Assembly (NCBI GenBank): GCA_964187785.1
Contig: OZ076409.1
Coordinates: forward strand, 11,658,001 to 11,722,000
Source of the DNA: Amphiscolops sp. MND2022
Lineage: Eukaryota
Direction: 5' to 3'
DNA length: 64,000 nt
The notes below the pieces were generated by a model, which was not told the DNA's origin, did no database searches, and saw only the letters and a list, made by a program, of their open reading frames with translations. Positions within the stretch are counted from its first letter, which is position 1, and every line of letters begins with the position of its first letter. Positions 51,101-62,719 of the stretch are shown one piece after another. A program made the position numbers and the translations under genes.

Positions 51101-54100
51101 ACTCTTTCACTTTCTTAGTCAATCATCCTCTAACTACGTACTTATATCTTCAACAAGGATGATCTAGACGGTGCCTAATCAATTCGTAGAATATTCATAT
51201 CGTCGAAACAATTTAAGCTATTCAAAGCGTCGGAAGAATTCCATAGCAGCGATAATTTTAGGTTATCATTTGAAGAGGATAGCATATTTGATGCATGGCT
51301 CGGTCGCTTCGCTCCTTTCGCCAAGTAGCAACATTGAGGCATGGCCATAAGGCACGTCGCTTCGCTCCTGCATTTAGGGCACTAGAGGTATGGGAGCATA
51401 GCTGATTACATTATCGTCATTAGTTGTCGCTTGTGCTGCATTCATTTTACTGGAATTAGAGTAGCGTTCTAAAATAACGCAACCTCATGGCATAAAATGG
51501 CAAAATTCAAAACCAAATATCTCATAAACTGTCACGAATACAAAATTTTGCCAGCTAGGAAAGTTTCTTAGAATTTTATCTAGTTTACAAAAATGTTTGA
51601 AATTTCTACGACCGTTACCAAAAAGTTAGAAATTGCAAATTTTAGTAAATTTCAATTGAAATTTGAGTTTTTTCGAAAATTGAGTAACTTAGAATAATTT
51701 TTTTGGATTTTTTTTCATTGGGAAACTTCCTATAATCTCCCGAATCTACTGAAATGTTTTGATCGAGAATTTTTTCGATCCAGAAAAAATACACTATATT
51801 TTGTGTCTATGAGCACTGAAGTACATGTTTTAAGATGGGCTATAAGAATTGTATTTAGAAAATTGATGATTTTTATTTGAAATCGAAAAAGTTTTCCGAT
51901 CAAATTATATCAGCATCCTCAGGAGATTTGGGGGCAAATGAGTGACTGAAAATTTTTCAAAAATATATTTTCAACTTTGTCAAAATCCAGAAAAAGTACA
52001 AATTTGATTAAATTTTGTCAAAATTCCCAATTTCTAACTTTTGTAATTTTTGTCGCAGAAATTTCAAACAGACATTTTTGTAAACTAGATAAAATTCTAA
52101 GAAACTTTCCTAGCTGACACTTTTTCGTATTTGTGACAGTTTTCAAGAAATTTGGATTTGAAATTTGCGATTTTAAACATCGGAGTTGCGATATTTTAGA
52201 ACTCTACTTTAGATTGGCTCATTGAATGAAATTTTGGTCACGTGATTAGGACGCGCAGTATTTACGCGTGTAAATTGCTTTCGACGCTTTGAATATTCTA
52301 CGATTTGAATCGTCCCCGATCTAGACGTCTTCTGCTGTTATTTTATTCACTCTTTCGATGTGTCCAAATTGAGTAGCTTCGAAGAAAAGGTAAATTGAAT
52401 GACTGACAAGCTGAATTGCAATGCTCAGAGTTGTTTTGAAACACTTGACAAATATTTGAAACTTCGAGAGCTCAAAAACATGAATGTTGCAGATTTCGTC
52501 CCACGTGGAATTTTGACGTCCATGTTTTTGACAGATTTTGTCCCGGATTATGGGAAATTGTTCTATGCTATACACAAAATTAAGCGCTAATCGGTATAAT
52601 TTATTCATTTCAAAATGTGACCTCAAAGTGAAAGGATATTTTCAGGTTATTATTTGAAGAGGTTAGCGTATTTGTTGTATGGCTCGGTCGCCTCGCTCCC
52701 TTTGCCAGGTAGAAACATTGAGACATCGCCATGTGGCACGTCGCTTCGCTCCTGCATTTAGGACACTAGGGTATGTAAACATAGCTGACTATGTTATCGT
52801 AAAAATAATCAATAATTAACTACCAAAGTCATTTTAATGGATGTGGGACGAAGTCTGTCAAAAATGGGACGAAATCCGTCAAAATTCCACGAGGGACGAA
52901 ATCTGTCATTACTCAAAAACATTGATGCATTTCGTTTTTTTTTCATGGTTCACCTAGTAGTTCTGACGTGAGCAACTCATGTGACGTGTCTCGGAACGCC
53001 CATTAGGATAGGAGAGCCCAGTTTGTTCTGAAGCTTTCATGAGTGGTATTCATTTCAGAAAACAGATCTCATCATTGTCACGGGCAAAGTGAACGAAGAA
53101 TGGTGGCTGGGAAGATTAAAGCATGCACTGCCTTCAGAAAAACCAAGAATGTTTCCCTCTAATTTTGTGGAGCCAGCGAAAAAGGTTTTCTAGCATTATT
53201 TCTTCGTAATCAGGAATACTACTGAAATTTACTGAAATGTGAAAATCAATTTAAAATATAGACGAAAATCTAATTTAAAATTTACATGAGTCAACACAGT
53301 CGGCATAACTCCTTCCGCGGTGCGCTTCCGAAACAGAGCATCTTGCCACTATTATTATCTCTGCGATAGCAGGAATAATATTGAAATCTGAACTTTGCAA
53401 TTTTTCGTATGCGATATTTTGTTCGGCAGTGAGTATAAGCGTGAGATTTAAATTTCTCAAGCTGCCGACAACAATTCGTTTCTCGTGCGATGAAACGAGC
53501 GAGTGGTAATTATGCATTCGTACGCTGACGTCATTGAGATAAAGCGAGCGAATGTTCGTAATTATGCTTTCGTGCGCCGAGTTATTGAGATAAAGCGAAC
53601 GGGTGTAAATTATTCGTTCGCCGAGAGCTTCGCCTGCATTCAAATGCGAATGCGAAACTTCGTCTACGCTTAGTAGTTATATTTTCTTTAGTCCGAGAAG
53701 AATCAAAGGGGTTTAAACTGGTACATTGATTAATTGCGCGCTATATAATGATTAAACAGGGGTGTGTAGCTACTCCAGATATGCTTCTATTAATGAACAT
53801 GAAAGCCTAAAAAGGAGAGATAATACTGTGCCCCACAGGGGCCTATTTTCTAAGTTCTTTTACTTCGTAATTTCTACGCGTTTTTTTCGGAAATGTGTTG
53901 ATCATTCGGGATGTTTCTTCCAACTCATTCTCTGCAGGTAATTGATTGTTATTTTCCGACCCGCATTTTCAATGGGGAGGAAAATCATCATCTGTGTTGC
54001 GTTTTTTTCCAAATTCTGCCAAATCTCCACGCTCCATCACTGACTTAACTATAGTCACTTGACTATTTAGTTACTTGACTATTTTAGTAGGAGGGGGAAT

Positions 54101-57100
54101 AAGATCTAAAGTAAAAATGGGATTAAGATCCAAAGGGAATAAGATCTAAAGGGAATCAGATCTAAAATCACTAAATTTTAGATCTTATTATTTAGATCAT
54201 ATTCCCCTCCCAAAATACCTATGGCTCAAGTGATGAAGGCGAAAAGGGAGGAAAATATCCCGGTGCTTAGCGGGCGTCTTGTTCATCATCAAGTCTGATC
54301 CTGTTAAAGTTAAGCGCTCTTCCTTATGTTTCAGACTCGTTCCAGCAATGCACCGCCGCCCGTGGCTCCCAAACCAATGAGTTTCAGCAATACTCAACAG
54401 AAGTTCATGGCCGCAAATTCTTTGCAGTCAAAGTTAGCACTGCAGTCTGTCTTATTGGCCTACTCTCCTTCTCTCGATTTCGAAATAATCGTCATATGAA
54501 ATAGTTCTTAAAACTCGAATTTTTTCGGTGGATCGTGTGGCCAGAAACTATATAGTTTCTTAATATGGAATTGATTATTCACAGATTGATAGCGAGAAGT
54601 GAAAGAAACAAGACGCCTACTGAGCCCCGGGTAGAGAAAAACGTTGCTGAGTGATTGATTTTCCTTGCATATGGAATTTGTCTGCAAATGAAAAATCATT
54701 TTAGTTTCACCTTTAGTTATTCCAAATGAAATATGTGCTTTGAACTTATCGAAGTATTCGAATATATTCATAAATGAAATTTTTTCAGTGACTATTTTTA
54801 TTTTTTTTTCAACCGTATTCGATACAGTTTTTCTGAAAACGATGAAATAGATTAGAAAAAACATCAACAACTTGTAGCAATTTTTGAACCAACTCCAAAT
54901 TCATGTTCAATTTCAGCGAACCCCACTGTGTAGCCTTGTACGACTACGTACCGCAATGTGCCGGCGATTTGGCGTTTAAAGAAGGTGACGTAATCAAGAT
55001 TCTGCGGAAAGTGGATTCCAATTGGATCGAGGGCGAGTTTTTTGGCAGTAAAGGAATCTTTCCTTCCAACTTTGTGCGCATAGAACAAGATTTGCCGAAT
55101 GCAAACAGTGGAATGTCAACGACCGGCTTTCAACCCAAACCTACTAAAGACATGCGAAAAGTTTTGTACACCTATCAAGCGTCAAGTTACGACGAGATTT
55201 CTGTCAACGTTAGTTTTTCATGAAATTGTTTCTATGTAATGAAGTTTGTCTCAATTGTTTTGGTTTGAAACTTAAAAAGTAGTTTTGACACCGCCAATCA
55301 GCGATTTAGCGAATTAGCAGCCGCGCGATTGATATTTTTTTCAGCGATTCAAATTGGCGGAAACTAAAAGGTTGTCGAAATTTTTTCGGAAAATACACGA
55401 GTTTCGAAATGAAATTCGAGAAATTCCAACTTGTAAAACTCACTGTGTGAGAAATTTTTTTTCTTCCAAAAATTAATTAAGTTATCATTGGATTTTGATA
55501 CATACTTGTTTTTAAAAAATTAGACGTTTGAAAAAGTTCTTCAGCGAAGTTGCAATTTTGGAATTAGCGTAGCGATAAAAAAAATAGCGGTCAAAACTCT
55601 TTAAAAGTCACACTGGCTCCGGACTTTGTGCCAAAATCTTGATCCCATCTTGATACCAGTGGGATGATAAAGTGGCCACAAACCAAAACGGAAAATCTGC
55701 ATCTGCGCTCAATTTTTTGGGTTTTTGGTCCCGTTTTCTTGATTTTGGAGACATAAAGTCAATATTCCGTGAAAAGGCGTGCAATGCGATGTAATATCAT
55801 CTGAAAGTCTTATTCAAGAGTTTTCTTAATCATACGGTCAGCTGGTGCGTTCAGAAGTTTGCAGGAACTAATTGGTACGAAATCGTACCAATTGTCCATT
55901 TAGGGTTACAGCAACTTTTTTCTGATCAGTTTTGCCTGAAGCCCATGCTTTTCAGAACAGTTTTTTACAGGCATTAGCAAAAGTGAATGTTTCTCCAAAA
56001 CTGAGAATTATGGGTTTTTTCCTGCAAAAAATTGGATATACTTTTCCAAACTTCCCTTTTGTCAAAATCCAGTCCTCAAAAGTCCTTGACCAAAAAGGAA
56101 AACCCATTACCATTAGTTCATTTCTCCTGTATGCGTAGTTGTGCAGATATTAATGATTGAAAGTTTTCAGTTTTTTTTTAAATTCGAAAAATCCCAGGTT
56201 GGACTTAAACCCTAGCCCCTTTTTTAAAAGAATTTTTTGATAATTTGTTTTAATTTTCTCCAAATTTTTACTTGCAATGCTATCTCGGCCTTCTTACTTT
56301 CGGTAAAGTGTTGAGGTCGGGAAACCAAGAAAATAATTCACTGTCCTCTGTTTTGTCGTTAGCCTGTTTGAACCTAGCTGTAGAATAGCCGTGTTACTTG
56401 ACATTAATATTGTCCTTGAAATTTCTGGTCCCTGGTATTTGGTGCCTGGTGTTTTTGCCATGTTATGTTGGCCCAAATGTGTTTCATTTTGCAAGCATTC
56501 AGTTGTTATATACAAATAATGTATGACAAAATTGTATAACAAAATATAGAGATAATAATCAGTTTACAAATCCATATATTTGTGAACAGATTATTATCTC
56601 CATATTATGTTTCGTTTCATCTATCCACAGGAAGTCACTGAAATGTGATAGTAAAACTTGGTTGACACTTGAAGCTTGAAACGCATTGTGGAAAATGGCG
56701 TCAAAATCCAGTGAAGCCCGTTGATAACGGATTTTGTAGGTCACGTTTAAAACTCAAAGGCAAGTAGATACATGAACACATTGAAGTGACAAGGTCATCG
56801 AAAGTTCCACCGGCAAAATCACTGGATTTCGACGCCATTTTCCACAACGTGTGTCAAATCTCAAGTGCAAACCAAGTTTTTCTAGCACGTTTGGGTGATT
56901 TCATGTGGACAGACTTTTTGGTCTGATAAATCTTTTTTCATTTCGCTTCATTTTGCTGCGTTTTTAACTGGAAACATCTTGAAATTTGAACGCCAATCAT
57001 GGAAACGTTATTCGGCCCAAGAAAAGTTTCGATAGTTTTTGATACGGTGTGTTCAATTTTTCAAAAAAATAGTCCAAAAATGGTCGCTTCAGTTGTTTTG

Positions 57101-60100
57101 CCGTATTATGTGAGATAATTGGAGACGTCTGGGGGCATTCTGTGAAAAAAATGTTTCTGAATGAACATTTTGACAATTTTATATTATGAATTTTTGAGAG
57201 AATCATGAAACATTAAACAAACTCTTAAAATGCTATTTGTTTGCGAGAATTATTCAGCACCTTTCGTAGTCCTTCAAATACAAACCGCGGTTTTTAAATT
57301 CATGTATGAACTGAATTTATGCCTCATTATCAATGGAGTTTGATCATACCCCGGAAATAATACGGTAGATGGCGAAAAAATGGGGAAATCTTTAAGCTTT
57401 TTGATGGAGAATGCATGTAGGCATTGTAGTGAGGAAAAAAATGGCGGCGTTTCTTTGATGTGGTTCTTGTTTTTAGCTCCAAAGCATGAGTATTCGATTT
57501 ATTGAAATTTTCTGGGAAAAATTGTTCGTTTTATAGAAAAACGCGGTAATTGTTCATGATTTCCAAGAAACGCAATTAAAAATTAACGCAAGTCTTTCAA
57601 GATTTTCAAGCAAAGCTGATTCAAAGGAAAAGCATCTTTATCGTCTTCATTATAGCCTCTTTCATCTACCACTGCATCTTTTTAGCCGAAAACTCCAATA
57701 ATTTTTTCATGAAAAATAGCAAAAATTGGAAGTTTAATCTAAAATATATTTTTCTATACTATTTATATACCAAATCTATATACCATTTGAAAAGATTGGA
57801 ACGTCAAGGTTGGTTGTATTAAAATCCTCCCCAAACTAACATAGCGCTGTATCCGAATTGTGCTCGTTATAACCAAATTGTTCTACATTATAAACGTTGA
57901 ATCAAACAAGCCGGGAACGGCACAAATTTACACCGCGCTTGAGAAACATTTCATGTTTTTATCGACTTTTTCGTAACTTCAGCATATTATGGTAATGCAG
58001 TTATTGAAATGATTTTAACTATGATGCATTCACAGGATCCCCTTTTTGGTTAAATAATGTTCTAGTTTTTTTGAACGAACTAGAAGAGAACTTTTCCAGT
58101 CTTGGGGGTTTTTCGAAAATATTTTGTCATAACACGTTATGGCCCCTTTGAATACTTCGATATTTCGCTACCAAGTTGTCACTGAAACAGTCCGAATATT
58201 CCCTCTTGTGATTCATTCGTCACTTTGATATGTTTTGGCTTTTTCACGAACAAAATAGTTTCTATGCAAATTTGAAACGCCTTCATGGGACGCCGATCTG
58301 GCTTGTTAGGAATCGGAAAAAAATTCGACTACTTATGCTCTCGTACTTTAAAAAAAATTCTCAAAAACTGTCCAACGAGTCTTATAAAATTTAACACAGT
58401 CATTTTACACCCAAAATGCGCAACAGCATCAAAATCGTATGACTGGGATCTGAGAAACACAGCCAAAATTTGTCCAACAAGCCGGGAACGGCCTAAGTCG
58501 GTGCCATATCTGAGGCTTAAAATAGCAAAAAGACTTCAAAGTGTCAAAGTATTCTCTTCTACAGTAGCCAAAAGTTGGACCGAATTGGCGTGCCAAGGGC
58601 GACGCTTTGAGATTTTTTACCCATTCATCAAAAAAATTGAAGGGGGACTCTTTGGGGAATTTTTTGGAAAAGTCTCTCAATGCCAAAAAACTGAAAGGGG
58701 AATCTTTAGTCTCGCCCGGAATTGTATGTTACGCTGAAAAAAGGAAAATCCTTTCTGGTTCAGTTCCCTGGGCCAAATAGTGTAATTGGCGCTTTAAAAT
58801 TTTGTAGAACTTTTGGTAGAACTATTTTGGTCACTTACGGTGTATCGAAAAAAAACAGACAAAAAGCCATGGGTACAGTCGACTCTTTAGAAAAGCGCCG
58901 GCTAAAAATGGCCAAAAACTTCCATTTTTGGACTCTTTTCGATTGTCGCAAATACTGTCCGTACGATTCAAACAAAAATTTTTACTATCATTTTACACCA
59001 TATCAGGGTCCTATGTGTGCAATGGCATCGAAATTGTATGACTGGAATGACTAAATGACAATAAAGTACGTAATTTCTTTTTCAATATTTTAATGACTCC
59101 TTTACCGCCCCTGCGGCTCTGGTTTTTAGTCGACGCTTCATGAAATGAAACGTGACTATACTAGTGGCTTTTTTCAATCCACACGAACTGACCAAAATAG
59201 TTCTTGAAAAATGTCAAATTGAACCATTTGGTCTAGCGAGCTTAACCAAAAAGGTTTTTCCTTTTTTTTCGCGTATGATACAATACCGGGCGAGACTAAA
59301 GGGTGCGCCCTTCTAGTTTTTTTTCGGCATTGTGGGACTTTTTTGGATTTTTTTCCAGCAAAGGACCCCCTTCAATTTTCTTGATGTTTTGCCTCAGAAA
59401 TGTTGAAAAAAATACCAAAGGGTCCACCCTTGCATTTTTCGACTTTGTGAGACTTTTTTGAAAATGTTTTAATGACTTCAAAGGGTCCCCCTTCAATTTT
59501 GTTGATGTTTTGCGACAGAAATGTTGAAAAATACTAAAGGGTTCCTCTTTTAGCGCGCCAATTCGATCCAACTTTTGGGTTTTTCGGTTACTGTAAAAGA
59601 GAATACTTGACACTTTGACGTCCTTATGCCATTCCCGGCTTGTTAAAATCATAACGGTAAAATCGACATTTTTTGAGCTAATTGTAAACTACCCTATTCT
59701 GATATTTGAGAATATAATTTATAATGCGCTTATTCAAAATTGTTGAAATTCCTAATTTTAGAAAATAGGCCCCTCCGGGGCTCAGTACTATTTCTGCTTT
59801 AATCTTTATTTTTTTAAAACAAAAAATCATTAATAAAAGAATCATATCTGGAATACCAATACACTCCTGTTTAATCATTACTTAGAGCACAATTAATCAC
59901 TGTACAAGTTTACACCGCCTTTAATTCTTCTCGGACTAAAGAAAATATAACTAAGCGTAGACGAAGTTTCGCATTCGCATTTGAATGCAGGCGAAGCTCT
60001 CAACGAACGAATAATTAACACTCATTCGCTTCATCTCAATGACGTCAGCATACGAATGGATAATTACCACTCGCTCGTTCTATCGCACTAGAATTGAATT

Positions 60101-60385
60101 GTTGTCGGCAGCTTTCCCACGCTTACACTCACTGCCGAACAAAATATCTGAATTATTCAGTAGGACGAAATTTGACGACTGAAAAAAAAAAGGACCAACT
60201 TTGAGGTTACAATAACATTCCTGCTAAAGCAGAAATATTAAAAATAACCAACCATTTTAACATTGCTGTTACAGGCCGGTGATTTTGTGGAGGTCGTTGG
60301 AACCATGCCAGAGAGCAAAGAGTGGCTATCGTGCCAGATAGGGGGCAAGAAAGGATACATACCCGCAAACTTTCTTTCTCCCTAA
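45106..60385 (+). CDS. Multi-exon adaptor protein with three SH3 domains (SH3D19-like); 5' end not found
   Basis: Exons 45106-45129, 45195-45301, 45706-45906, 46053-46111, 46878-47261, 49872-49968, 53059-53184, 54335-54432, 54917-55208 and 60275-60385 join in one frame (~499 codons) with AG acceptors and matching phases. AATAAA at 60527-60532. Confidence 0.8.
45195..45301 (+). CDS. SH3 gene exon (VPPTARASAVKATSTALSSAAQNEKVQN...)
   Basis: ACAG acceptor, phase-compatible with the 45106-45129 microexon. Requires a GC donor. Confidence 0.55.
45706..45906 (+). CDS. SH3 gene exon
   Basis: TTAG acceptor, GTTAGT donor, open frame, AAQNE motif repeated from the previous exon. Confidence 0.7.
46053..46111 (+). 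CDS. SH3 gene exon (GPLGGAKAENGGNQHQYSS)
   Basis: GCAG acceptor, GTTAGT donor; phases 0 and 2 fit both neighbours. Confidence 0.65.
46217..46730 (+). mobile_element. HINE family A copy (intronic) with a duplicated 3' end
   Basis: TTTAGTCTGCGC ... GCGCCGACTTGGGACGTTCCCGTCTT followed by a second GGGCGTTCCCGACTTGT. Confidence 0.7.
46878..47261 (+). CDS. SH3 gene exon (Ser/Phe-rich, DPF motif)
   Basis: TTTTTAG acceptor, GTTAGT donor, within ORF 46867-47346. Confidence 0.75.
47437..47980 (-). mobile_element. HINE family A copy, 5'-truncated
   Basis: AACAAGACGCGAACGTCTCAAGTCGGCGCC end and the internal repeat. Confidence 0.6.
48676..49246 (+). mobile_element. HINE family A copy
   Basis: TTTTTAGTCGGCG ... 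GGCGCCGACTTAGGCCGGTCCCTGCTTGTT. Confidence 0.75.
49872..49968 (+). CDS. SH3 gene exon: first half of SH3-1
   Basis: FSAIYDFQGQGDDELTFQ; TTTAG acceptor, GTAACT donor. Confidence 0.88.
50397..51081 (-). mobile_element. HINE family A copy
   Basis: AACAAGCCGGGACCGGCCCAAGTCGGCGCC ... GAAGCGCCGACTAAAAAA. Confidence 0.8.
51457..52211. mobile_element. Long-TIR foldback element (possibly Kolobok-like)
   Basis: Imperfectly palindromic over hundreds of bp, with a perfect 45-bp inverted pair at 51552-51596 / 52072-52116. Confidence 0.8.
53059..53184 (+). CDS. SH3 gene exon: second half of SH3-1
   Basis: KTDLIIVTGKVNEEWWLGR...MFPSNFVE; TTTCAG acceptor. Confidence 0.88.
53350..53849 (+). mobile_element. 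HINE family D copy
   Basis: 5' ATTATCTCTGC-GATA-GCAGGAATAAT; 3' GCCCC-ACA-GGGGC-CTATTTT. Confidence 0.72.
54089..54211. repeat. Short MITE-like inverted repeat of GGGAATAAGATCTAAA units
   Basis: GGAGGGGGAATAAGATCTAAA / TTTAGATCATATTCCCCTCCC. Confidence 0.55.
54335..54432 (+). CDS. SH3 gene exon with proline-rich PPPVAPKP motif
   Basis: TTTCAG acceptor, GTTAGC donor; phases 0 and 2 fit. Confidence 0.8.
54917..55208 (+). CDS. SH3 gene exon: SH3-2 and first half of SH3-3
   Basis: HCVALYDY...GDLAFKEGDVI...NWIEGE...GIFPSNFV, then KVLYTYQASSYDEISVN. Confidence 0.93.
56620..56914. repeat. Palindromic foldback element
   Basis: ~100-bp imperfect arms, e.g. TTGTGGAAAATGGCGTCAAAATCCAGTGA / TCACTGGATTTCGACGCCATTTTCCACAA. 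Confidence 0.7.
58476..58908 (-). mobile_element. HINE family A copy
   Basis: AACAAGCCGGGAACGGCCTAAGTCGGTGCC ... AAAAGCGCCGGCTAAAAA. Confidence 0.75.
59123..59644 (+). mobile_element. HINE family A copy (3' subTIR deleted)
   Basis: TTTTTAGTCGACGC ... TTCCCGGCTTGTT. Confidence 0.7.
59762..60240 (-). mobile_element. HINE family D copy
   Basis: AAAATAGGCCCCTCCGGGGC...TATTTCTGC at the left; CCTGCTAAAGCAGAAATA at the right. Confidence 0.72.
60275..60385 (+). CDS. SH3 gene terminal exon: second half of SH3-3 and stop
   Basis: AGDFVEVVG...EWLSCQIGGKKGYIPANFLSP*; ACAG acceptor. Confidence 0.9.
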   Translation, partial: AGDFVEVVGTMPESKEWLSCQIGGKKGYIPANFLSP

Positions 60386-62719
60386 TATTTCTCCCTCTTT
60401 CTCTGTAGTCTGAAAATGTACATATCTCTGACCAAAAAAATTATGAACTTGTATTCTGAATGTAAAAATGAAATTTCCACTTACAGTTCAATACTGAATG
60501 TCAATTCTTTTGAAATTTCTATTCCAAATAAATGATATGCTTCAATTTGTAATTAATTTTTGAGTAAATTATAGAGCATCGTTTCCTTGCCATCAATTGA
60601 AATGCTTTCCAGCTGAAAATTTTTGCTTCGCAGCAGAAAAATTTACAATGAGCTCTTGTAATTTTTGCACTAAGCGAAGACGGAAAGAATGATTTAGAAA
60701 TGTTTCTTTAGAAATTTTGACACCATCAATAAACTTCCCTTCGTTATTTGCCTCCAATAATGGTTGGGAATATTTGTTAACAGTTTTGGAAGTTATTGGG
60801 CAACATTTTCAATGAGAAACTGTGTATGACGTAGGAGAGCCCTGACGTCACAAAATTGTTGTAAATTGATGACGCAAACGAAATTTCATTAGTTGCCATC
60901 TTTGGCGCAAGCAGCGTCTGAATGTCTCATTCTTTCTCGTTGCCGATAATAATTAAAAAACGCCCTTTGAAGGAAGTCTCGAGTCAATATCTTATCTACT
61001 TGCCGACTTCTCTTGTTTACAGATTAGCTATCTCAATAAGCGATTGAAATTTCATGGTAATGGAATAATTTGCGTAGGCGACTTTAATTCGAAGCGATTA
61101 GAAAAAGTTAATCGAAATTTTTCCCAACACTCTATCCCTAGTCGATCGAATTACTTGTTAAGCTCTCTTCCTGGTTCAAGTGTGAGCCATATATCCCAAA
61201 GGGTATGACGTGTCAAAAAAAACAAACCAACCATGTACTTGGAAGAACCCCAACCAAATTTTCCTCAAACAAAAAGTTTGAAGTAACTTTTTTTCTCAAT
61301 TTCAACTAAGACTTGTTTTCAGTGTAAATGTTCATTCAGACCTTAAACTGAGCACTTTCTACTTTTACTTGAAAGAAAACGATGGCCTGAAAATCATCAA
61401 GAATTATATATGTCGATTTTGACGAAGTTGGAGGTTTTTGAAAAAAAATCAAAATCGGCCGCACTGGAAAAGCGATGCAACATATTACTTACTAAAATGA
61501 ATAATGAAAGGAAGAATCATCAAGAGACTTTTTGATTCAAATAGAAAACACACGAAAATCAAGAAACTCCATCTACTTCGGAAGGATTTCTTCACAGCAA
61601 AATTGTGCAATGAAAGTTACATATATTTGTAATCGCCTTGTGTTGAACTGCTACTGAAACCACTGATATTGTTTGCTTTGGGGAACGTTTCGAGGCTTCT
61701 GAAAAACATCTGGGTACCAATAAGCTAAAGCGAAATGTTCATTCAAATTTTCAGTACCATGTTGTGTCAAAATCTAAAGGAGAGTATTTTAGTTGCATTT
61801 TTCACGACTTTGAATGGAATTGAAATGCTGCATATTATATAATGTTTCAAACATGATACATCGATAAGTTAAAAACAATACAAAATTGTTGTCAAAATAG
61901 TTTCAGAAAATAATTGGAGAATAGGTTTGTTTTAACTTTATTTTGAAAAAATGGTCCGTTATGTAAACCATTAAACGTCAACGCGTTTTTTCATAAGATG
62001 TGCAGAAAATTTTTCATTACGAAAAATTCGAGATTCCAATCTTTCCCTACTTTCTGCCAATGTTGACCTACAAGAATCAAATCAAAGAGCGGCTTTATGT
62101 CAACGATTTCCAAGATACCCCAGAAGTGCAAAAGTGTTTGCTTTAATATGCCAACTTTTTCTTTATATGAACTCTGGGCTATTTTGGATGATGATGAAGA
62201 ATTGTAAATTACAATTAGTACTAAGTGAACCAAAATTGACGAAATGCATAAAAATTTTCGTGTTCTCAAATTTTCAAATATTGCCAACAAACCTTTCAAA
62301 AACAACTTTGAACGCAGATGTAAATCATTCGGATTTGCTACTTCTCTCGGAAGAGAAAAAGAAAGTTTTCACACTTTTGAAGTTAGACAGAAATGACTGG
62401 TAAAAACGTTTAGACAATTTTTGATGGTTCTAACCATCTTAAGCTGGAGATGTAATATGAGCTTCACTCAAAATAATTGACAGAAAAAAAAGATTTTCAG
62501 TGCCTTGTTCACAAACAATACTATATTGAAGACGCAAAAATTAGGGCGTTCCGTTTTTTTGGTTAACCTGGTACATATCAGGTAACACTGCTGAACATTA
62601 TGAAAAGTACCTGCCGAAGCAGAAAATGAGAGAGTAATTAGTTCTCAGTTTGTGACGTTCCAGTTCAACACGCAAATTCAACAAGCATTGCTGCCGTTCT
62701 CCAATTCATCAGAAAATCC

